Shown here in pieces: positions 54,001 to 64,000 of a DNA stretch of 64,000 nucleotides. The position numbers and the translations under genes were made by a program. Position 1 is the first letter of the stretch, and each line of letters starts with the position of its first letter. A model generated the notes under the pieces. It made no database searches, was not told the origin of the DNA, and was given only the letters and a program-made list of their open reading frames with translations. The DNA comes from Yuukianura sp. NJ FZ-2021 (taxonomy: Eukaryota). The stretch covers positions 8,370,001-8,434,000 of the forward strand of contig CM102284.1 of the NCBI GenBank assembly GCA_046563655.1, written 5' to 3'.

Positions 54001-57000
54001 ATAAGACCGAGGAGACACAAAGTCACAGAAATTCAACAAAAATTTCAAAATCTGGTATACACAAACTTTTTTTTAAATCCAAAGCGTAGGTGTTTTCTAC
54101 AAACACTAAATTCAACACAGAGATTTAGAACTTTATACAAAAAGTTTGAAAAGATTTCCCAAAGGTACGAGCAGACTTTACAAAAAAAGTTTAAAAAGTA
54201 AATTTTGAAAAGCAAAGGAATTGGATTGGAATGAAATGGAGACAGAGGTCATGTAATCTCTAACTCTCCAGGCAGCTGCATCTCTCAAAATTTCAAAATA
54301 CCACTTTTTCAAATCCAGATTTTAAAAAGTGTGATAAATTAATTCGACTTGTAAGATTGAAACTTTAACAACAAATTGTAACCGCTGAGAAATTAATTAA
54401 GAGGGGAAGACAAGGAGAAAATGAAGATGAAATGCGATCTAATCTACATTTTTTCCTTTTTTAAAAAGTTTTAGAAGAGACGGATGCGGCGTCTCTTGCT
54501 GAGTTGATAAATCCAATCTTGTCAAAAATCATCAGCGTTGAATATTTTCATGATGCGTGAAATATTCCAGAGAGAGGAAACATTTTTAGTTCAAAAAATA
54601 ATTTATCAAAAGTGGAAGACACCCGCCATTTTTAACTTCAAAAAACGAAGTTCCAACTGAGGCTTGGAACAAATGACTCCAAAAATTGGAAACGAACTTT
54701 TGAACATGACAGATTGAGCACCGGGGTTTAAAAAAAAACGGAATTTTCAACATTTTTAAAACCCGGATTGAACTGGGGTCAAGTCAGTAATGTTAGCCTG
54801 TGTTCTGAAATAGTTACTCCCTCCACTTCTACTTTCAAAATCGTTTAAGTTTGTGTTTTTTTGAAAAGTAGTAAATTTTTGTGTAAAAAAGAGGCTAATA
54901 AAAGTGATTTTAATGTGGTGAGTCTGACATGGTCAGAGCTTGCCGACGTCTGTACTTGACACACAGAGAGACGTTTGGAGTGTTGTTTAAAGTGACTTTT
55001 GGTAATTGTTTTAACCACAAATAACACTCTCCACCTTCCAGGTGTCCAATTCACTTGTTCAACTTTTTCAAAAAACAGTTTTCAAAAAAAAACTCCTTAG
55101 AAAAACAGTCATAAAATCCACTTTTATGTGAATAGTCGTGTTAAGAGAGACCAGAGCAAAGGGATCCTGTAGATGTAAAACCATCAACCAGAATTTTCCA
55201 TCGTAATTCTCAAAACCAAAACTTAAAAGTTGAACAAATTCCTTCAAAACAATTGGAAACCCAGTTTTAAACAACAAAATTTTAAATTTTAAAACCAAAA
55301 AAAAAAACTGTAATTTGTTGTGTCACTTTTTTTGAAAATGGAACAGTTGATGTTCGTACCTTGTCATTTGAAAGATCAAAGATCAAAACACCCTCAAAAA
55401 CTTCATAATTTGTTTCCTGCCACACTTTTTTTGTGTTGAAGGAAATTATGAAAAAGTTGAATTGAAATTTTGGAATTGAAATGTCATTTCCTATTCCATT
55501 TTTGTAAGAAAATTATAATAATTTCCGCCTCTTCTGACTTTTGGAGAGCCGAAATAAGTAAGAAATGGGTGCCAATTTTTAAGTTTAATTTGACTCAAGT
55601 CTGTCGACACTTGAAGGATGGGCTCTCAAATTTTCCTTATTTTGGACCGTTCTGTACAAATTGTACAATTAATTCTTTTAAGGGAGAAAAGGACACAGGT
55701 GAGTGACTTTTGGAAGGAAACGCTCAGAATTATACGTTTTGGAAATAATAAAAGCTGAAAAATAATAAATGTTTCCAATTTTTTTGAAGTTTTGACGAAA
55801 GGAGCAAGGGCGTTTCCGTCTTTTAGAAATTGAGAATGACTGTGCTGAAGATGATGATATTACAACAATGGTTACATATCTCACACACTCCTTCCTGTGA
55901 CATCATCCTCCCTACTTTCAAAAAGTTAGTGTAAACCTAACATGGAAAAAGTTAACTTTTTCAACATAATGTGGATGCAGTAAGTTTTGAGAAAAAGTGA
56001 CATTTATGGGAAATAGAAACGTAATTACAGGTGAGAGTGGAGCCCTACCCACAACAAAAGTTGAGAAAAGTGGCGTTTTTCCTTCCTTTCCAACGTACTA
56101 ATAACCAAAAAACCGAAATTATGACAAAAGGAAATGAAAAATTGGCACAACGGTTTTCAGCCAAAAATGATGAATTTAAACAAATTGCGCATACATAAGA
56201 TTTTTTATCTAAAAAAGAAATACGAAAACAAGAAAACGCTAATTAGAAGCTAGCGAGATTCCGTAAAAATTTCTCCAAAAATGAATTGAAAGAAAGTGAA
56301 TGGCGTTTAACTTTTAAGAACAAAAATCTTTTTGGGGGAAAAACGGAAGGTCACGCGGGGTCAAATTCCTTCTTGTTCGTTTAACCTAAAACTAGGAGAA
56401 AAAATGCTCTGACATTTTCAAATTTTGAAAATTCTCAAGGGCTCCCCGACACGAACTCTGCTCATCCATCACTTGGTCTTGTCACCAAGCCCTTGGAATG
56501 AAGAGGGCCCTTAGCCACTTTTCAAGATTTGCACAAAAAGTGACAATGATCATGATGAATCTAATTCATTCAATTCAGAAAAAAAAATCAAAAATTCTAG
56601 ATTTTTAAAATTCTGTTTTTAGCGTCTTAGGGACTGAAAGTGAGAGTGGAGCCCTTGAAGGGAGCCCTGGATAAGACGTGGCTAACGAGCCATGTTAATT
56701 TTAATTTGAATGTACTGTGACTTGGTACTTGAGACAGGAGCAGGAGGGCCCTTCACTAATAAATATTAAGGGCTCTCAAGGGTGAGCAGGAGACGTTTTC
56801 AGGAGGGGGGGACTTAGAGGGGGCCAAAAGATGACACTGAATGCGCCTGGAATTTGTCTCTTTACGGGAGAAGATTGGAATCCGAAACTCATCTTGTGCG
56901 GCAAACCCGAATTCCGGATTCGACACAATTGAAATTCCCTTGCCAAAAATTTTATTTTGAAAAATATTGTAAAATTCCGAAATTTTTGTTTCCCGGTGGT

Positions 57001-59199
57001 GCTTTCACCCGTTTTTGTACAAAGGAATTTTTTTGAAATACTTTGCGGTACTCAGATTTTGAAATTAAAAAGTCTGATCTTAGAAATATTTTTTCCGAAC
57101 GTTATTTTTTGTTTCGTTTTTTTATACTAAAAAGTGAAAGAATCACCAGATGTGGAGAAGATGTTGAGGGGGCTGCTATTTTCCAATATTATGCAGATGA
57201 GTTGGTTCAAAAGGCTCCTTTTGGAAAATAAGACCCATCAATTTTAGTTGTTTCGAAAAATTTAAAAAAGTTTTTGAAAGTTCCCAGCAGCTCCCCTTGT
57301 CTTATGGAAGGCGGATGTAAATAGACATTTGAGAGGAGCATAATAATGAATATGCATCTTCACAACTTCTTAAGGAGGAACGACTTCGCTTATGGCGGAG
57401 ACACAGATCGTTATGGCGAGATAAAAAATCAAAAAACGGAAGGGAACAACTAAAAAACGAACATGAGAAAACCAAACTTTTAAAAAGTCAGTTGAAAGAT
57501 CCATATTTCCAAAAGTCCTTAACGAACAAATACTTTCCATCATAATTTCAGTTTCAAAATCCATGTTCCATCCAGACTTTAAAAAATTCTTAAAAAATGA
57601 GATCAAAATGTGAACTTTAAGTTTTCACCATCTGGAGTTTTAAAACTAAAAAGTGAACAAGAAACTCCAGAATTTTTAGGAATCCTGGTCAGATTTTTGA
57701 ACCTTGAAGAGAGATGAAGAAAAATAAAAAATTCTCACGCTTTTCGGAGAAAATTTTTTTCCTCTCTAAAATTTTCGCACAAAAAAAAACTTTTGATTCA
57801 ACTGACTCAATCTTCTAAAATAAAATTTTCCCCCTTTCCTTTTTTATACAAAATTGAAAAAGTATCGGGTTAAAAAAGTCCTTTTTTCGGTCTTTCGAAA
57901 AATCTTTGGAGACAAGGATGTCAAAAACCGACAAAGTTTGTGTGAGAAATGATTGTTTTCAGTGTAAAAAAGAAAAAAGTTGGCGTCCCTTTTTACTTTC
58001 TTTTCCAAAAGGTCCATAAATATCTTCTCGTATTTCATAGTTTTTGAAAGTTTAGGCCTCAAAAACACAAAATAATCACAACAAAAATGAATCAAAGGGT
58101 AAAAACACTTTTTTAAAGAAACTTTTTTAAAAAAGAGAAAGAATAATTGAAAAACGGAAGTTGGCAAAAAGGACATCATAATTTATCAAAGTCACAAAGT
58201 TTTTGAAAAGAATTGAAATTGATAGGGAACAAATGATTCCTTGGCCCCACCATTAGCCTTTTCCAGACCCACCACTTTCCTTTATAATCTAAACAAAACT
58301 TTCAAAATAGAGCCCTTTGACCTGTGACCTTTTGTGACTTTTAACACTTCGAAGGTCACCAAAATCAAAATTTCGAAAGTTGCAAGGTCACCAAAGCTAA
58401 ACGCCACTTGCATTTGTTAGTAAAAAGCAGAAAACAAAAATGTTTGACGTACCTTGTTACCCCAGGGGGGAAGAGATGATGTGGATGTCTTAGCTGAATC
58501 ATTACTTTTTGGCGAGAATGAGCTGCCCATTGACCTCTTGACCTCGGGACGACGAGTATCCATAATGGCAAGGCTTAAATGGACAGTTGAATGTTCGATT
58601 GGAGTGGTCCATCCCCGATTCTATTTTTGTTTGAGATGAATTCTGCTTCATTTACATATAATGGGAAACGGGAGATGAAGTTTCCGAATGTTTGAAAGAT
58701 TCGTTTGATCTTCTTGGTATCGTCCAAGTCCTTCCCAGAGCGTTGTGGACACAATGCATGACAAATTGAGTCAATTCCAATAGGAATCGGAGGGAGACTT
58801 AAGGCATTCCATTGTTACACAAAAATAACAATCAGTCATTGTTGTACGAGAAGCCAAAATGTTAACCCCTTCCTCCCTTCAACAATTTCTTCAAAATGAA
58901 TGTCCAAATGGGAGGAAACGTTTTGATTTCGATGTGGAGATCCCGTTGTTCACTGAAAAGTGGTCAAAAATACCAGTTGAATTAAGACTAACTGCATTGG
59001 AGCTTATAGAAGTTTAAATCAAACGATAGTTTTATTTTACTCACATCAACGATTGAGGGAACACCGATTAACACACAAACTATAACTTCGAAGTACCCAA
59101 TTCGGATGTACACATGGTCTATCACTTGTTAAGTAGTCACTAATTAAGTAATTAATCAATTAACTTAGATGATTCGGTCAATTAACTCGTCTGGAGTGC

Positions 59200-59300
59200 A
59201 CAACAATAACAAAGAAACAGCTGGAAACTTTAAACAAACGAAAAAAAACGAAATGGCGGCTCTCCTTCATGCGGAAGATGACGTCAGCAGCATGTTTTCA
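59200..59300 (-). promoter_or_regulatory. Putative distal promoter of CASZ1
   Basis: E-box CAGCTG (~59218), YY1-like AAATGGCGGC (59251-59260) and a full CRE TGACGTCA (59279-59286). These lie just upstream of minus-strand splice donors at ~59044 (GTGAGT) and 58452 (GTACGT). No other gene is evident between 31 and 59 kb. Confidence 0.4.
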
Positions 59301-59652
59301 GAATGTCTCCAGTTGCCCCAATCGCAATTCAAATTCTTGGAACAATAAGGAATGGCGCTAAAATGCAATTTCTTATTGTTCCAATTATATACTAAATTAA
59401 TTGTTAATTGTTATAATTATGATAATCATGAATATATCAGATCTTCTTTAATTTTAATTAACTAATAAGTGATTTTATCACACTTAACACATTCAAAAAC
59501 AATTTTTAGTTGATTTGTAGTCTAAGAAGCCTTGATTTTTACTTAGGAAAATAAAGAAAAAATACGTAATAGCCAGTTTCTTCCTAAGATTTTAGGTTTT
59601 TTCACTGGAGAATATTCAGTATTCGTCAAAGATATCGATTAGATCAATTAAC

Positions 59653-60602
59653 TTAAAGAATAAGCGACAACCATGCCAGGATCAAAGTAGTTCCACCGAT
59701 TGGAGCGAAGACTTTGATTCGGTTGTCTCCAGTCAGTCCATAAGTGTAGCAACTTCCGCTAAACAAGATCGTTCCAGTCGTCATTAGGACTCCAGTCTGT
59801 AAGAAAATTCGTAAACTTGATGTAAATACTTTATAGGGTGATCGCTTGCAGCGATTCTCTTGGATGTAATAGCAAGACAAGAGTCTGAGTCAAAACAAGG
59901 TATAAATTAGAAACGTACGAGTATTGGACGATTTGCTACAGCTGCAGCGATTAATCCAAACGTTCCGACGAAGTGATACATGTTGGCAGTTCGGTACGAA
60001 TATTTCTGCTCCTCGGATAGTTTCTCATCCATCATAATAACTGGCAAATCAAAGAGGTTATAAATTATACTTAGATCCTTGAATACTGGACTCAGTAAAC
60101 AGTAATGTAGGTGTTTAAACCTTACCGTGAGCTCCGTATGCTCCTAGTGCCACGGCCATAGCTAAAAATCGTAAAGAAAGTGGTTAATTTCTTATAGTAA
60201 GTTATGTAAATGTATTTCAGTTGCGTAAGTTATCGTGTTTGTCACCTCCGGAAAGCCCGGCAAGTCGAACCATTGATCCACCTCCGGTGCCCATCCCATT
60301 AAAGCCCGACTTGACAAGGCTTCCGGTGCCCTTGACCTTGGCACAAGTACACTCCACGGGAGTGATGAGTGGAGTGGGCACTGGAGGTTTCTTCTCGGTA
60401 CCCAGAAACGGAATCATTACTCCTGCCACTTCCAACACGCCCTTCCCAAGATTGATCGTATGGTTCCATAACTCCTGTTCAATTACATACAAAACAAATG
60501 AACCAATTAATCTCAAGTTTAGTGTCAACTTGTATCAAGGACAAGGAGGTTCATAAAGTTTGTATTTAGGCATGGACTTACACTTACCCCAATGCCGAGC
60601 AT
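59653..60602 (-). CDS. TMEM256: Transmembrane protein 256 homolog (DUF423), about 181 aa; exons 60602-60588, 60474-60246, 60161-60126, 60040-59919, 59796-59653
   Basis: Spliced product has RLAGLSGAMAVALGAYGAH, YRTANMYHF, GTILFSGSCY and FAPIGGTTLILAWLSLIL*, which are DUF423 hallmarks. Introns are canonical and in phase. Confidence 0.95.
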
Positions 60603-61761
60603 GATTAATCAGTTCAAGTATTCCTATTGATATTAATCTATATAGTTGACCTCTGGTCACTGGCTAACGATGACACGATGACACAGCGTTGAACAACGGA
60701 CTGACGTAATTCCTGGACAAAGTGAGGCCAGTGTCCTCCAAGTCCATTCGTTTGAGGCGCACTCGATCAGCTGTTCCTCCTCATCTCATCTCCATTTGCT
60801 CGGTGTGTCATCCTCCCTCTTCCAGATTCCATAAGGAGATCATTCTTAATTAGTAATCAGGAGATTAAAGCTTAATTATGTCCTCAACTATTTGAGACAC
60901 TAATTTCCAAGGGTCAATCCAGGTCATCTCGGCTTCTCATCTTGGACGTGATCTCATCATTTGGACTTGACAGGTGGGCCGCCATACCTTCCTACTCTTA
61001 ATCCTAAATTCAATCAACTTGTGGGTTGGTGTGCTAAAATTGGATCCCGGAAGTGGTCTAAATTCATAACCTAATTCTGTAACAACGGTAATTAAAGTCT
61101 TAATGTCACTCGTATTCTCATAATCCAGGATTAGTAGTATTTGGATCACTGTTATTTGGCAGGTTGGGGCATTTCGCTAAAATTTTTACGGTTTTTGTAA
61201 ATTTCATAGTTGAGGCGACCAAGGATCAATTGGGAAACCAGGGCAATCGTCACTGGCTGACGCAGAGGCTGCTTTTACATTCTCATGAGAGGCGTACATT
61301 CATTTAGACAGAAGCTAAATCAACTCAGCTAACGGTAAAGTAAAAGTTACTGGAATTTGGTGTCAGCCATGCTTAGATTTGTTGTGGTTTAATCGTTTGT
61401 GTTGTTTGTTGCTTAAGGTTCATGCACGTGATGAAAAGTGTGTCCAGAGCTTAAGATCTCAAAGTGAATCATAGTTGGCCTGGCCAACTTGGCCAGCAGT
61501 GAATCAGTGAATGTGAGGTGAGCTCATGCTACACGCTTTAATCTGTCACTCAATCCTATATTTACATTGATGTTGTGATGTTTCAGAGCTGTGTCAGTGT
61601 ATTTCCGTGGTCTACTTTCCAGATAAGGATTAGAAAGTCCAAGATTAGCCCAGAATGTCCCTGTGAGTTGCCATGAAGCTATTTTTGGCCATCCATTTAC
61701 ACTTCCCTGGAGAGATGACCATGAGCTCCAGTCATTCGGACGATCAACACGCGTGGAGTCA

Positions 61762-64000
61762 ATGGCTCTAAATGCAGTGCACAGTCATCGATTGGAGTCT
61801 CCTTCGGCCCTACTAGAAAACCTAGTTAGAACTGTTCAGTTTCAGCTGGATCTGACCACTCGAAGGCACTCTGTCTTTCACTTCTTGAGTGGACTTCAAC
61901 TGGTCCACAACAGAGTCAAAGCCATTGTCAAGCACGGAGCAAAAGTCAAGCACCATTTGGTAAGTGGACTTTAGTTTTAGTTTCCTCAATCTCATGGAAG
62001 GACATTACAATGCTTTTCAAGGCAACTGAACTAATCGATTTTGCGACGATTAGTAATCGTCGATTACAAAAGAGCTGGAAAATATTTTATTTGAGCTTAA
62101 TCGCTTAGCCTTGTCAATCAATTACTCAACAACTTTTTGTTTACGCACTCCTTCATGTTTATCTTTTGATTTTTCAGATTTTTGCACAACCTTCTTTTGC
62201 AACTTTTGATTGTTGGCTGGAAGAATCGTAAGTTCAACGTAGTTACGTTTTTTCTGTTTTAACTTAACTTTTAACGTTTAGGTTAAAAGCATTAAAAAGC
62301 ATTGAAACCGGTACTCAAGACCTCTTGATGTTCAGTGATGTTTAGTGACAGTTTGATGCTTCGCATTAGAAATGCGTAGCAGTTGCATTCATTGATCCTA
62401 ATTAATCCACAAAGTGGTTTCGCGGTTAAGCTTTTTTGACGCGGAAAAAGTCAACTGCGAGTGAAAACAGCGTGTTAATTTTGGGTTTTTGCGTTTAACA
62501 GGTTACTGGATCACTCCTTTCATGTTTTACTGACGCAGAAGTTTACAATTAAGAGACTCCGACGGTGCTACTACGAATGGGCGTTTCTACGTAGTGAAAA
62601 CTTGGTTCAATTACTAATCGACTGTCTAAGGTCCCTCGCAACCAGAGATTTTATCCTCCTGAGCAAAATCCCATCTTACGTTGTAAGTCAATCACTCAAG
62701 TAATTACAAATTAATTAACTAATCAACTTTCCTCTTTGTTTTAAACTTTAAATTGAGTTGAAGCACCTCCACGCGTAAACAATTAAACTTTTCCTATTGT
62801 TTTTCTTTGCAGAGTGGCGTGTATCGCTTACCCACCGACTTCCCAATGCCTACGACTGGAGTAGCAGTCATCCCTGCTACAATTTCACTCGAGTCTTCAG
62901 CAGAGTCCTTTAAAAGTGCTAAAATGACTGAGCCTATTCCAATTCTCGTGACTCCTCTGCCAACAGACTCCGGAGATGATTTATCAACAAGTTCAAAACA
63001 AAGTAAATCCAATTTAGAATCAATTCTGGAAGCCAATCAAGTAGCAGAGGAGGAAGAAGAAGAAGTTTCTACTGCTGGAGATTCACTCGGAATTCCTAAA
63101 TTCTCGTATTCTTATGGATCTCCAATCGTGTCCGTCCCGAACTTCTCCGAAATTGAAGATCGACCAAGGTTGGATCCAATGATTTCAACTTTCAAATCTG
63201 AAAAGAAACAAGCAATTTCAGAAGAATTCAAGTCACCGACGAATCAAAACTACTCGAATGCTGGAACGAAGTCGTTTCTGGAGTCGGGTGGATTTTTACC
63301 ACCGGAAACTCTCGGGAACTTTCCACTGCCGCAGAAAGGGCAAAGTCTAAAAGACTTTTTGTCGTCGTTGTCTGATGCTAGTCAACCTGATCTGGACAGA
63401 GAAAATTCACATTTCAACATTTCAGAGGCTCTCATCTCTGCTTTTGAGAGCATGAAGGTCAAACAGAAGTTGGAAGCACTGCAGGAACAAAGACATTTGG
63501 AAAGAATGGAAGCCATGTTTGGAGGAGAGCCAATCAGAGATCAGTATCATCGCTGGGGAGGCTTGAAAATTAAAAAGAAGTTTCCGCTCAGACAACGTCC
63601 TGAACTACCATACACTGAAACGGAAGAATCAGAGTGAGTTTTTAAAAAGTTTTCATAATTTTGAAAAATTTGAAGATTTTCAAAAAAATTAAGATTTTGA
63701 TTTTCTTGTTCCACAGATTCGAATTTTGGAGGCAAAGCAGACACCCGCCGGCTGAAATCAAGAAGAAACCAAGAATTTCTCTCCAAATTGGATCCGAAGG
63801 GCAAAGTGAAAGTTTGATGTCAACAACCGGTGAGTTTTCAAAAATGAATAAATTGTGGAATTTTTGCTAATTTTTATGAAAATGTTTTTTTTAGAAGCGA
63901 CTACAAGCGGAAGTCCGTCGCTTTCGTCTTCTTCAGAGGATCTCAACTCGTGTTCCTTCTCTGCAGAGAATGTGGCTCTGAATTTGCTGCGTAACGTGAG
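61762..64000 (+). CDS. RUBCN: Rubicon (RUN domain Beclin-1-interacting cysteine-rich protein), 5' part; exons 61762-61959, 62178-62227, 62502-62682, 62813-63633, 63717-63829, 63895->64000
   Basis: RUN-domain-like LLENLVRTVQ...SGLQLVHNRVKAIVKHG and WLEESLLDH...YYEWAFLRS...LIDCLRSL...LLSKI. Family motifs DLDRENSHFNISEALISAFESMK and SAENVALNLLR follow. Junctions are GT-AG and in frame. The start codon is inferred. Confidence 0.88.

Noticed and set aside
13259-58179. Many 60-184-aa ORFs rich in F, K, L and N, other than the CASZ1 exons
   Set aside because: They have the composition expected from A/T-tract intron sequence, often start at TTG/GTG, and show no domain motifs.
60937-61149. 70-aa minus-strand ORF upstream of TMEM256
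   Set aside because: Non-ATG start, no motif, no supporting splice structure; it probably lies in the Rubicon 5' region.

Overview
Eukaryotic, AT-rich genomic DNA with short GT-AG introns (mostly 55-90 nt), probably from an arthropod (an inference; I cannot identify the species). The supplied ORF track is mostly spurious, and the genes below were rebuilt by manual splicing. Left to right: the 5' part of a secreted beta/gamma-crystallin-like gene (-), SDF2 (+), a frameshifted LYRM2 pseudogene (-), a 162-bp tandem array with an adjoining inverted arm, intact LYRM2 (-), a large castor/CASZ1 zinc-finger gene (-; 20 phase-consistent coding exons, about 1506 aa, 8152-30699, with a probable 5' leader reaching about 59.2 kb), TMEM256 (-) and the 5' part of Rubicon (+). 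The most notable unexplained structures are: (i) a ~350-bp module in inverted copies upstream of both SDF2 and LYRM2, whose core is also amplified in the tandem array; (ii) a 615-bp foldback MITE with a perfect 8-bp target-site duplication; (iii) a decayed poly(A)-polymerase-like fragment in a CASZ1 intron; (iv) clustered AGGGCYC motifs and co-oriented perfect DR1 elements in the CASZ1 locus. I found no CRISPR array, rRNA, tRNA or autonomous transposase, and I cannot claim a new biological system from the sequence alone. Family assignments come from remembered motifs, not database searches.
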